Part shown: positions 30,313 through 39,251 of the stretch, one piece after another
Layout: each line of letters begins with the position of its first letter
Numbering within the stretch: position 1 is the first letter of the stretch
Assembly (NCBI GenBank): GCA_040289515.1
Contig: PSLI01000002.1
Location: forward strand, 20,014-84,013
Origin: Candidatus Sysuimicrobiota bacterium
GTDB lineage: Bacteria > Sysuimicrobiota > Sysuimicrobiia > Sysuimicrobiales > Sysuimicrobiaceae
Direction: 5' to 3'
Length of the DNA: 64,000 nt
The notes under the pieces: generated by a model
The model's database searches: none
The model's input: only the letters and a program-made list of their open reading frames with translations
What the model was told of the DNA's origin: nothing
Translations under genes and position numbers: made by a program

Positions 30313-32694
30313 GTGGCCGTGTACGTGCTGGTCCTTCCGGACGTGGCAGCCCCGCTTGAGGGCCCGCTGCATTACGCAGTCCCGCCCGGCTGGGAGCCGT
30401 TGGCGGTGGGAGCGCGGGTGCTGGTGCCCCTGGGGGGTCGCACGGTGCCCGGGTTCGTAGTCGGTACCGACTCCGAAGCCCCCGTGGACACGGTGCTGCC
30501 GGTGCGGGAGGTGATCTCCCGCACGCCCCTGTTCGACGCGGACACCTGGGAGCTGGCCCGCTGGGTGGCGGAGCGCTACCTGAGCCACCCCCGGGACGCC
30601 CTGCGGGCGGCTTTTCCCACGCAGGCCGCTTCCAGGGTAGTGCGCCGGGTACGCCTCGTACGGGAGCCGGCTGGCCCGCTGCGGGAAGAAGGTGCGGTAG
30701 CCGAACTGATGGAGCGGCTGCGCGCGGGCCCGCTGCCCGAACAGGAACTGCAAGATGCCCCGCACCTGCGACGGGCTCTGGCGCGGCTGCGGCGCGCGGG
30801 GTGCGTGGAGTACGAGCTGGAGGCCCTGCCGCCGCGGGTGCGCCCCACCACGGAGGCGGTCCTGGAGCTGGCGGTTTCCCCGGAGCAGGCCTGGGAACTG
30901 GTGGGGCGGTGGCGGCGGACGGCCCCTCGGAAGGCGGCCGCACTGGAGAGGCTGCTGCGTTCTGAAGGGGTTGTGAGCTCCCACCTGGCCCGGGTGGTGG
31001 GCCGCTCCGCGCTGCGGGCTCTGGTGCAGGCGGGCGTGGCGGTGCAACGGCAGGTAGAGGTGGTGAGGGACCCCCTTGTGGGTACCTTCCGGGAAACGGG
31101 GCCGGCCTTGAACCCCACGGAGGAGCAGCGTGCTGCCTGCGCCGCAATCCAGCAAGCTCTCCAGAGCCGTCAGCACCGGGTGTTCCTTTTGCACGGCGTG
31201 ACGGGCAGCGGGAAGACGGAGGTGTACCTGCGGTGCGCGGCGGAGGCCGTGGCGCGGGGAGGCCAGGTGCTGGTGCTGATCCCGGAGATCGTGCTAGCCT
31301 CGCAAACGGTCGCCCGTTTTCTCGGCCGCTTTGGGGGCCAGGTGGCGGTGCTGCACAGCCAGCTGGGCGCGGGTGAGCGGTTCGACACGTGGCGCCGGCT
31401 GCAGGCTGGAGACTTCCAGGTGGTGGTGGGCACCCGATCCGCGGTCTTCGCGCCGCTTCCGCGCCTGCGCCTGGTGGTGGTGGACGAGGAGCACGAGACC
31501 GCGTACAAGCAGCCACAGGCACCCCGTTACCACGCCCGGGACGTGGCGGTGGAGCGCGCCCGCAGGGCGGCTGCGCCGGTGGTGCTGGGCAGCGCCACTC
31601 CCTCCGTAGAGTCCCTGTGGCGAGCCTGCCGGGGGGAGTGGGACTATCTGCGGCTGACGCGGCGGGTACGGGACCGGCCGCTTCCGGAAGTACAGGTGGT
31701 GGACATGCGGGCGGAGAGTGGGCGGCTGTTCTCCCGCGCCCTCCTGCAGGCCATGCGGGACCACTTGGAGCGCAAGGACCAGGTGCTGCTGTACGTGAAC
31801 CGAAGGGGCTACGCAGCCTGCCTGGTGTGCCGGGAGTGCGGCTACATACCCCGGTGCCGCCGGTGCGCGGTGTCCTTGACCTTCCACCTGTCCAACCGGA
31901 CCCTGCGCTGCCACTACTGCGGCCGGGTCCTGCGGGCTCCCAGCACGTGCCCCGGGTGCGGTGGCGTGGAGCTGCGGCCTTACGGCCCCGGAACCCAGCG
32001 GGTGGAGGAAGCATTAAGGAGCCTTTTTCCGGGTGTAGCGGTGGTGCGGGCCGACCGCGACACCCTGTCCCGGAAGGGCGCGCATGCGAAGCTAGTGGAT
32101 GCGCTCCGGTACGGGGAGGTACGAGTCGTGGTGGGCACCCAGGTGGTAGCCAAGGGGTTGGACCTGCCGCAGGTGGGTCTGGTGGGCGTGGTGGCGGCGG
32201 ACGTAGCGCTGTCGCTGCCGGACTTCCGGGCGGGCGAGCGCACGCTGCAGCAGTTGGTACAGGTGGCGGGCCGCGCGGGACGGGGCGACCGGCCGGGGCG
32301 GGTGGTGATCCAAACCTACCAGCCCGAACACCCAGCCATCCGGGCGGCCGCAGCGCAGGACGTGCGGGGCTTCTACGAGCGGGAGTGGGAGGAGCGGCGC
32401 CGCTTGGGCTACCCGCCCTTCGCGAGCCTCGTGCAGGTGGTGGTGGCCTCCCGCGGGGAGGGCAAGGCCGCGGAGGCCAGCCGCGCTCTGGCGCAGCGCG
32501 TGCGCGGGGTCGAAGTCCTCGGGCCCTCACCCGCGCCGCTCAGCCCGCTTCGGGGCTGGTGCCGCTGGCGCCTGATGGTGCGCAGCGCAGAGGAGGGTGC
32601 CTCGCGCGAGGCGGTCGGGGAGGCCCTGCGGGGCTGGCGGCCTCCCGCGGAGGTGCGGGTGGCGGTGGACGTGGACCCCGTGGAGATGCTATAG
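30313..32694 (+). CDS. priA: primosomal protein N' (replication restart helicase PriA)
   Basis: Walker A GVTGSGKTE, DEEH box, and the Cys-rich zinc module CRECGYIPRCRRCAVSLTFH...CHYCG...CPGCGG. GTG start chosen at 30313. The upstream part of track ORF 29830 is rejected. Confidence 0.9.
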   Translation: MAVYVLVLPDVAAPLEGPLHYAVPPGWEPLAVGARVLVPLGGRTVPGFVVGTDSEAPVDTVLPVREVISRTPLFDADTWELARWVAERYLSHPRDALRAAFPTQAASRVVRRVRLVREPAGPLREEGAVAELMERLRAGPLPEQELQDAPHLRRALARLRRAGCVEYELEALPPRVRPTTEAVLELAVSPEQAWELVGRWRRTAPRKAAALERLLRSEGVVSSHLARVVGRSALRALVQAGVAVQRQVEVVRDPLVGTFRETGPALNPTEEQRAACAAIQQALQSRQHRVFLLHGVTGSGKTEVYLRCAAEAVARGGQVLVLIPEIVLASQTVARFLGRFGGQVAVLHSQLGAGERFDTWRRLQAGDFQVVVGTRSAVFAPLPRLRLVVVDEEHETAYKQPQAPRYHARDVAVERARRAAAPVVLGSATPSVESLWRACRGEWDYLRLTRRVRDRPLPEVQVVDMRAESGRLFSRALLQAMRDHLERKDQVLLYVNRRGYAACLVCRECGYIPRCRRCAVSLTFHLSNRTLRCHYCGRVLRAPSTCPGCGGVELRPYGPGTQRVEEALRSLFPGVAVVRADRDTLSRKGAHAKLVDALRYGEVRVVVGTQVVAKGLDLPQVGLVGVVAADVALSLPDFRAGERTLQQLVQVAGRAGRGDRPGRVVIQTYQPEHPAIRAAAAQDVRGFYEREWEERRRLGYPPFASLVQVVVASRGEGKAAEASRALAQRVRGVEVLGPSPAPLSPLRGWCRWRLMVRSAEEGASREAVGEALRGWRPPAEVRVAVDVDPVEML

Positions 32695-32707
32695 ACTCGC
32701 TTCAGGA

Positions 32708-33202
32708 ATGCGCATCGTCACCCTCGACGCTCCGGGAGGCAGCATCCTCCGCAAGCGGGCGCGGCCTGTGGGCCGCGTCACGAAGGACGTGGTGCGCCTG
32801 ATGGACGAGATGGTGCAGGTCATGCGGCGGGCACCGGGTGTGGGGCTAGCGGCCCCGCAGGTGGGCCGGAGCGTGCGGGTGATCGTGGTGGAGTACAACG
32901 GAACGCTGTACCAACTTGCGGATCCTGAGATCACCCAGCAGGCCGGGTCGGAGCTGGGGCAGGAGGGGTGTCTGTCCCTGCCGGGCATCCTGTGTGATGT
33001 GTGCCGGGCGACCCACGTCGTGGTGCGGGGCAAGAACCGACGGGGTCGGACCGTGACCGTGCGCGCGGAGGGCTGGCTGGCCCGCATCTTCCAGCACGAG
33101 ATCGACCATCTGGACGGCGTCCTCATCACCGACCGCGTGGATAGCCCGGACCAGATCCACTACGTGGAGCGGGAACACCGGGTGGGCGAGGTGGTGGGCT
33201 AG
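32708..33202 (+). CDS. def: peptide deformylase
   Basis: GVGLAAPQ, EGCLS and QHEIDHL motifs are present. Confidence 0.9.
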   Translation: MRIVTLDAPGGSILRKRARPVGRVTKDVVRLMDEMVQVMRRAPGVGLAAPQVGRSVRVIVVEYNGTLYQLADPEITQQAGSELGQEGCLSLPGILCDVCRATHVVVRGKNRRGRTVTVRAEGWLARIFQHEIDHLDGVLITDRVDSPDQIHYVEREHRVGEVVG

Positions 33203-33209
33203 TGGCCGG

Positions 33210-34124
33210 ATGCGGGTCCTGTTCTTCGGCACGCCCCGCTTCGCGATCCCGTCCCTGGAGGCGGTAGCGCGCGCTCACCACGTGGTGGCGGTGGTCACGC
33301 AGCCGGACAGACTTTCCGGGCGCGGGCTTCGTCCGAGCCCGCCTCCCGTGGCGGCGCGCGCCCGGCAGCTGGGGCTCCCGGTCCTGCAGCCGGAGCGGCT
33401 CCGGGATGTGCGGGAACAGCTACAGGGCGCTTGCCCGGACGTGGGGGTGGTGGTGGCGTACGGCCGCGTCCTGCCCAGGTGGCTCGTTTCGCTTCCTCGT
33501 CTGGGGTGTGTGAACGTGCACCCCTCCCTGCTCCCACGATACCGGGGAGCCTCCCCCATTCAGGCCGCCATCCGGAACGGGGACGCCACCACGGGCGTCA
33601 CCGTGCTGCGGGTGTCCGAGGAGCTGGACGCGGGAGACGTGCTGGCCCAACAGGAGGTGGAGATCTCGCCGGAGGACACCGCGGGCAGCCTGGAGGCGAA
33701 GCTGGCGGAAGTGGGGGCATATCTTTTGGTGGAGGTCCTGGAGGCCCTGGAGCAGGGCCGGGTGCAGCCGCGCCCGCAGGACTCCACGCAGGCCACGTAC
33801 TGCGGCAAGCTGTCCAAGCAGGACGGCCTCATCCGATGGGACTGGCCCGCGGAGGTGGTGGAGCGGCACGTGCGGGCCATGGATCCGTGGCCCGTGGCGT
33901 ACACCGCGCACGGGGACAGGACGCTGAGGATCTGGCGGGTTAGAAAGACGGAGGGTTCGGGGCAGCCCGGCCAGGTACTGCGCCTGACCCCGCAGGGGTT
34001 CGTGGTGGCCACAGCAAAGGGGGCGGTGGAGGTGCTGGAAGTGCAGCCGCCCTCCGGGCGCCGCATGACAGCCGCGGAGTACGCCCGGGGCTACCGTCTG
34101 CAGCCGGGAGACCGGCTGGGCTGA
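33210..34124 (+). CDS. fmt: methionyl-tRNA formyltransferase
   Basis: N-terminus MRVLFFGTPRFA and HPSLLPRYRG motif. Confidence 0.9.
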   Translation: MRVLFFGTPRFAIPSLEAVARAHHVVAVVTQPDRLSGRGLRPSPPPVAARARQLGLPVLQPERLRDVREQLQGACPDVGVVVAYGRVLPRWLVSLPRLGCVNVHPSLLPRYRGASPIQAAIRNGDATTGVTVLRVSEELDAGDVLAQQEVEISPEDTAGSLEAKLAEVGAYLLVEVLEALEQGRVQPRPQDSTQATYCGKLSKQDGLIRWDWPAEVVERHVRAMDPWPVAYTAHGDRTLRIWRVRKTEGSGQPGQVLRLTPQGFVVATAKGAVEVLEVQPPSGRRMTAAEYARGYRLQPGDRLG

Positions 34125-34154
34125 TGGACAAAATGCGACCCGGTCCGTTACAAT
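34125..34154 (+). promoter_or_regulatory. promoter TGGACA-18-TACAAT upstream of the zinc metallopeptidase gene
   Basis: Sits in the fmt/peptidase intergenic region. Followed by RBS GGCAGGAGGTGA. Confidence 0.45.
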
Positions 34155-34172
34155 AGGGCAGGAGGTGAGCGG

Positions 34173-34865
34173 ATGCTGCTCTACGGGGGTCCGCTGTTCT
34201 GGCTGGCGCTTGTTGCCTTTGGCTTCGCCCTGTGGGCGCAGTTCAAGGTGATGAGCGCCTTCCAGCGGTACAGCCGCGTACCCGCGGGGGTGGGGCTGAC
34301 GGGTGCGGAGGTGGCGGCGCGGATCCTGCACGGGGCCGGCCTGTACGACGTACGGGTGGAGCCCGTGCGGGGACTGCTGTCGGACCACTACGACCCGCGG
34401 GCCCGGGTCCTTCGGCTTTCGCCCGAGGTGTACGGCACGCCCTCGGTGGCAGCGCTGGGTGTGGCGGCGCACGAGGTCGGGCACGCGCTGCAGCACCGGG
34501 AGAATTACGCACCCCTGGCCCTGCGGAACGCCATCGTTCCCGTGGCCGGCATCGGTTCGCAGCTTGGGATCTGGCTGTTTGTGGTGGGCATGCTCCTGGG
34601 CCGGTCCGGCGGGCTGCTCATGGATCTGGGGATCGTGCTGTTCCTGGGTGTGGTGGTTTTCACACTGGTCACCCTGCCGGTGGAGTTCGACGCCAGCCGG
34701 CGTGCGGTGGCGGCGCTGCAGGCCCACGGCCTGGTGACCCCTCGGGAGCTGGAAGGAGTGAAGGCGGTGCTGGGGGCCGCGGCCCTGACGTACGTGGCGG
34801 CCGCGGCAAGCGCCATCGTGGAACTCCTGCGTCTGCTGGCCATCCGCCATATGTCGCGGGAGTGA
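34173..34865 (+). CDS. membrane zinc metallopeptidase (YugP / PF04298 family)
   Basis: HEVGHAL zinc motif. TM segments flank the peptidase core. Confidence 0.8.
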   Translation: MLLYGGPLFWLALVAFGFALWAQFKVMSAFQRYSRVPAGVGLTGAEVAARILHGAGLYDVRVEPVRGLLSDHYDPRARVLRLSPEVYGTPSVAALGVAAHEVGHALQHRENYAPLALRNAIVPVAGIGSQLGIWLFVVGMLLGRSGGLLMDLGIVLFLGVVVFTLVTLPVEFDASRRAVAALQAHGLVTPRELEGVKAVLGAAALTYVAAAASAIVELLRLLAIRHMSRE

Positions 34866-36238
34866 CGGACAGGGCTTCCGCTGGTCGGGCCGGGCCGCGC
34901 ACCCGCGCGGCCCGGCGTGTCTTCGCAGACGTCCGTTCCGGAAGGGAGCTCGCCCTTCGGGTCCTCCAGCGGGTGGAGCTACAGGGCGCGTTCAGCAACG
35001 TGGCCCTGCAGGCGGCCCTCGCGAAGGCTTCCCTGCCCCCGGGTGAGCGGGAGCTGGCCACGGAGCTGGTCCTGGGTGTGTTGCGGTGGCGCAGCCGCCT
35101 GGACTGGACGCTGCAGGCCAAGTACGACCGCCCGCTGGCGGACCTGCCGGCTGCGGTGCGGCAGATCCTGCGCTTGGGGGCCTACCAGCTCCTGTTCCTG
35201 CACCGGGTGCCGGCTGCGGTGGCCGTGAGCTCCAGCGTGGAGCTGGCCAAGGAGTACGGACATGCGGGTACCGCCCGGCTGGTGAACGCCTTGTTGCGCC
35301 GGATCGGCCGGGAGGGGGAAGCGCCCCCGCCCGGGGCGGAGGACGAGCGACTGGCAACCGTCACCAGCCACCCGTTGTGGTTGGTACGGCGCTGGCTGGC
35401 CCGATGGCCGCAGGACGAGGTGCGGGCCCTGTGCCAAGCGAACAACGAGATGCCCTGGGCTCACGTGCGGGTCAACACCCTGAAGACCTCGGCCGCGGAC
35501 CTGGCCTCCCGGCTGCAGCAGGCAGGGCTGGAGGTCCGAAGGGGGTCGCTGCCGGAGTCCCTGTACGTCCGCGGCCCGCTGGAGGCCCGGCTCAATCTGG
35601 CGCAGGAAGGCCTGCTGGTGGCTCAGGACGAGGCGGCCATGGTGGTGGCTCACGCCGTGGACCCGCAGCCGGGCGACGTGGTGGTGGACGCCTGCGCGGC
35701 ACCCGGAGGGAAGGCCACGCACCTGGCCGCCCTGATGCGCGACCAGGGCCGGGTGGTGGCGTGCGACGTGCACCCGGGCAAAGTGGAAGTGCTGGCCCGG
35801 CGGGCTCGGCTCCTGGGTGCTACCTGCGTGGAAGCGCGGTGTTGCGACGCCCGGAACTTGGAGGTGCGGGACGCAGACCGGGTGCTGGTCGACGCCCCGT
35901 GTACGGGGCTGGGGGTGCTGCGGCGCCGCCTAGAGATCCGGTGGCGGGTGCAGCCGGGGCACCTGTCCCGGGCCGCGGAACTGCAACGGGCCATCCTGCA
36001 GAGCGCCAGCGAGGCGGTGCGGCCGGGCGGGGTGCTGGTCTACAGCGTGTGCTCCACGGAGCCCGAAGAGGGGGAGGCCGTCGTAGAATGGTTCCTGGCC
36101 TCCGGGTCGTTCGCCCCGGAGCCCTTCACGGTCCCGTGGCGGGAGGGGACCCTTCGGGCAGACGGCGGGATGCTCCGCCTGTGGCCCCACCACCACGGCA
36201 CCGACGGCTATTTCGTGGCGAGGATGCGCAGAAGATAA
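34862..36238 (+). CDS. rsmB: 16S rRNA (cytosine967-C5)-methyltransferase RsmB (Sun)
   Basis: NusB-like N-terminal domain. SAM motif DACAAPGGK. Catalytic motifs DAPCTG and SVCS. Confidence 0.85.
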   Translation: MTDRASAGRAGPRTRAARRVFADVRSGRELALRVLQRVELQGAFSNVALQAALAKASLPPGERELATELVLGVLRWRSRLDWTLQAKYDRPLADLPAAVRQILRLGAYQLLFLHRVPAAVAVSSSVELAKEYGHAGTARLVNALLRRIGREGEAPPPGAEDERLATVTSHPLWLVRRWLARWPQDEVRALCQANNEMPWAHVRVNTLKTSAADLASRLQQAGLEVRRGSLPESLYVRGPLEARLNLAQEGLLVAQDEAAMVVAHAVDPQPGDVVVDACAAPGGKATHLAALMRDQGRVVACDVHPGKVEVLARRARLLGATCVEARCCDARNLEVRDADRVLVDAPCTGLGVLRRRLEIRWRVQPGHLSRAAELQRAILQSASEAVRPGGVLVYSVCSTEPEEGEAVVEWFLASGSFAPEPFTVPWREGTLRADGGMLRLWPHHHGTDGYFVARMRRR

Positions 36239-37317
36239 TGGAGCATCCGGACCTTCGTTCCCAGTATGAGGAGGAGCTGCGCTCCTGGTTGGTAAGGCTT
36301 GGGGAGCCCCCCTACCGCGGCCGCCAGCTGGCCCGCTGGGTCCACGCGCACGGAGCGCGCAGCTTCGAGAGCATGACGGACTTACCGACCACCCTGCGGC
36401 GGCGCCTGGCGGAGGAGGCGCACCTCACCTGCCTGCAGGTGCTCCGCCGTACCACCTCCGCAGACAGGTCCACCACGAAGTACCTCCTGCGGTGCGGGGA
36501 CGGCAGCACCGTGGAGAGCGTGTGGATGCGGTACGCCGACGGCCGCCGCAGCGCGTGCGTCTCCACCCAGGTGGGCTGCGGCATGGGGTGCACCTTCTGC
36601 GCCACCGCCCTGGCGGGCTTGTACCGCAACCTCACCGCGGGCGAGATTACCGACCAGGTGCACGTCATGCAGCAGGACCAGGGGGAGCGGGTCACCCACG
36701 TGGTGTTCATGGGCATGGGAGAACCCCTGGCCAACCTGGATGCCACGGTGCGGGCGGTCCGACTGCTGAACGCCCCGTACGGGCTCCGGGTGGGGATCCG
36801 GCGCATCACGGTGTCCACCGTGGGCCTGGTCCCGCAGATCCGGCGCCTCGCGCAGATGAACCTGGGCTGCACCCTGGCCGTATCCCTCCACGCGCCGGAC
36901 GACGACTTGCGGACCCAGCTGGTGCCCGTCAACCGGCGCTACCCCCTCGCAGACCTTTTGGACGCCTGCCGGGAGTACGTGGCGCGCACGGGCCGGCGGG
37001 TGACCTTTGAGTACGTGTTCCTGGAGGGGCTGAACGACACGCCCGATCACGCGCGCCGCCTGGCACAGCGCCTGCGGGGCCTACGAAGCCACGTGAACCT
37101 GATCCCGTGGAACCCCGTGCCGTCCCTTCCATATCGGCGCCCCAGACCGGAGCACGTGCGAGAGTTCGCGCGCACCCTGCGGGAAGCCGGACTTCCCGTC
37201 ACGGTGCGGGTGGAGCGTGGCCTGGACATCCTCGCAGCCTGCGGGCAGCTGCGGGAGGCGCACAGGCCCGGAGGCGGGGTTGCGCGCAGCCTGCAGGCCG
37301 TGGCCGGGACGGTCTAG
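36238..37317 (+). CDS. rlmN: 23S rRNA (adenine2503-C2)-methyltransferase RlmN, radical SAM
   Basis: Radical SAM motif CVSTQVGCGMGCTFCAT and typical RlmN sequence. TAATG overlap with rsmB. Confidence 0.9.
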   Translation: MEHPDLRSQYEEELRSWLVRLGEPPYRGRQLARWVHAHGARSFESMTDLPTTLRRRLAEEAHLTCLQVLRRTTSADRSTTKYLLRCGDGSTVESVWMRYADGRRSACVSTQVGCGMGCTFCATALAGLYRNLTAGEITDQVHVMQQDQGERVTHVVFMGMGEPLANLDATVRAVRLLNAPYGLRVGIRRITVSTVGLVPQIRRLAQMNLGCTLAVSLHAPDDDLRTQLVPVNRRYPLADLLDACREYVARTGRRVTFEYVFLEGLNDTPDHARRLAQRLRGLRSHVNLIPWNPVPSLPYRRPRPEHVREFARTLREAGLPVTVRVERGLDILAACGQLREAHRPGGGVARSLQAVAGTV

Positions 37318-37331
37318 GCACAGGCGCCCTC

Positions 37332-37655
37332 GTGGAGGCCAAGACCCGCATCTTTCGCTTCCGGACCCCGCCGGTGCTGAGGGTGGTGGCGGGGCCGGGC
37401 CGCGGGACGGTGTGGGTGGTGCAGGGCACGCACACCGTGGGCCGCGGGCCCACCTGCGACCTGGTCCTGCCCGACCCAGCTGTGTCCAGGCAGCACGCGC
37501 TGGTGTGCTGGGGGCCGGACGGGACGGAGGTGGTGGATTTGGGGTCCACCAACGGCACGTACGTGAACGGGCGGCGCGTGGCTCGGTGCCGCCTGCAAGA
37601 CGGGGACCGTCTGCAGCTGGGGGAAGTCGTGTTGGAATATCGGGAGAGGCCGTGA
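37332..37655 (+). CDS. FHA-domain protein (small, cytosolic)
   Basis: FHA core reads GTHTVGRGPTCDLVLPDPAVSRQHALV...STNGTYVNGRRV. GTG start chosen. Confidence 0.7.
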   Translation: MEAKTRIFRFRTPPVLRVVAGPGRGTVWVVQGTHTVGRGPTCDLVLPDPAVSRQHALVCWGPDGTEVVDLGSTNGTYVNGRRVARCRLQDGDRLQLGEVVLEYRERP

Positions 37656-38086
37656 GCGAGGTCCTGCAGGCGCTGAGGTATGCCGTCCTGGCGGGCCTGT
37701 TCGTGTTTCTGTACCGTGTGGTGCGGGCTGTGGGGGACGACCTCGGGCAAGCGGCCTCCGGTGGGCCGTGGGCCGTACTGGTGGTGGAGGAGGGGCCCGG
37801 GCTGAGCCCTGGCGAGGTGTTCGCTGTGCGGGGCGAAGTCGTGGTGGGCCGCGCGTCCACCTGCGACGTGGTGGTCCCGGATCCGGGGGCGGGTGCCCGT
37901 CACGCACGGCTGGTGACGGAAGGGGAGGGGTTCTGGCTGGAAGACCTGGGAAGTCCCGGGGGCACGTACCTGAACGGACGCAAGCTGGAGGCCCCCGCTC
38001 CGCTGCGCCAGGGAGACCGCATGCGGGTGGCCTCCACGGTGCTGCGGTTCGTGCAGCCGCACAACACCTGGACAAAAGGGAGCTGA
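37652..38086 (+). CDS. FHA-domain protein with N-terminal transmembrane segment (FhaB/FipA-like)
   Basis: TM segment LRYAVLAGLFVFLYRVV, then FHA (GRASTCDVVVPDPGAGARHARL...SPGGTYLNGRKL). GTGA overlap with the preceding FHA gene. Confidence 0.7.
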   Translation: MSEVLQALRYAVLAGLFVFLYRVVRAVGDDLGQAASGGPWAVLVVEEGPGLSPGEVFAVRGEVVVGRASTCDVVVPDPGAGARHARLVTEGEGFWLEDLGSPGGTYLNGRKLEAPAPLRQGDRMRVASTVLRFVQPHNTWTKGS

Positions 38087-38093
38087 AGGACCC

Positions 38094-39251
38094 GTGCTCA
38101 GGCGTGCGGATCTGCACGGGCTTGTGCTGGCGGTGGGGTTGGGAGGGGTGGCGCTGGTGCACTGGGCCAGGAACCCGCAGGAGCCGCCGGTGGTCCTCGT
38201 GTATGCGGCCGCGGTGCTGTTCAGTTTCTTTGTGGTGGACGTCGTCCTACGCCCGAAGGAAACCCTCCTACTGCCGCTGACCGGACTGCTGGTGGCGGTA
38301 GGACTTGCGAACCTGTACCGGTTACGCCCGCAGCTGGTGGCCGAGCAGGCGGCATGGATGTGCGTGGGGCTGGCCCTGGGGGTGGCCGCCTCGCGGAGTG
38401 CCCGCACGGTGAGGGAGTTTGCGCGGGTACCGGCACTTGCAACTTTGCTCGTAGCGGCCTCCGTCGTTTTATGGGGTGGGTCACAGGTGGGGGCGTACCC
38501 GGTCGCAAAAGACATCCCCTCCCAGCTGGCCAAGCTGCTCGCGGTGCTCGTGGGTGCGGCAGAACTGCACCGGGGTTCCCTGCGGGGACCCGTGATGGCC
38601 GCGTGGGCGGCTGGGGTGGCGCTGGTTCTCCTGGGGGGGGACGTGAGTACCGCTTCGTTGCTGGTGTGGGTGGGTATCGTTGTAGCGTACTGCGCGGGCG
38701 CATCCTGGTCGACCCTCGTGCCCGCATTCGGCGGGTTCCTCTTGCTGGCGAGCTTGGCCCACGCGGGTCTGCCGCAGCTGACGGAGCGGGTCAAGGGGTG
38801 GGTCAACCCGTGGGGTGACCCCCTGGGTTTTGGCTACCCGCTGGTGCAGAGCCTGTTCGCCATGGGATCGGGGGGGCTGGTGGGCGCCGGTCCGGGCTTT
38901 GGCTACCCGGAGCTCGTGCCGCAGGGCCACACCACCTTCGCCCTGGCCGCGCTAGCTGAGGAGTGGGGGTTCGTGGGGGTCCTCGCGCTGCTCTCGGGCT
39001 ACGCGATGTGGGTGGGCAGGGCCCTGCGGTGGGCCGTGCTGGCACCATCCCGCTACGCCCGGTTGCTGGCAGCTGGCGCTGTGGCCCTGGTGGGCGGGGA
39101 GGCGTTCCTGGCTGGTGCGGCAGCCACCGGCCTGCTTCCCGCCACGGGCGCGGGCCTGCCGTTTGTGAGCTACGGGCCGGCTTCCGTGGTGGTGCACCTG
39201 GTGGTGCTGGGGCTATTGCTGGCCGCCCCGGGGTTGCAGGAGGCGCGGTGA
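38094..39251 (+). CDS. SEDS family peptidoglycan polymerase (RodA/FtsW)
   Basis: Polytopic membrane protein with SEDS motifs NPWGDPLGFGYPLVQS and GLPFVSYG. Confidence 0.85.
   Translation: MLRRADLHGLVLAVGLGGVALVHWARNPQEPPVVLVYAAAVLFSFFVVDVVLRPKETLLLPLTGLLVAVGLANLYRLRPQLVAEQAAWMCVGLALGVAASRSARTVREFARVPALATLLVAASVVLWGGSQVGAYPVAKDIPSQLAKLLAVLVGAAELHRGSLRGPVMAAWAAGVALVLLGGDVSTASLLVWVGIVVAYCAGASWSTLVPAFGGFLLLASLAHAGLPQLTERVKGWVNPWGDPLGFGYPLVQSLFAMGSGGLVGAGPGFGYPELVPQGHTTFALAALAEEWGFVGVLALLSGYAMWVGRALRWAVLAPSRYARLLAAGAVALVGGEAFLAGAAATGLLPATGAGLPFVSYGPASVVVHLVVLGLLLAAPGLQEAR

Noticed and set aside
30269-32530. 753-codon minus-strand ORF across priA.
   Set aside because: It is antisense to an unambiguous PriA and has low-complexity Pro/Arg/Gly composition.
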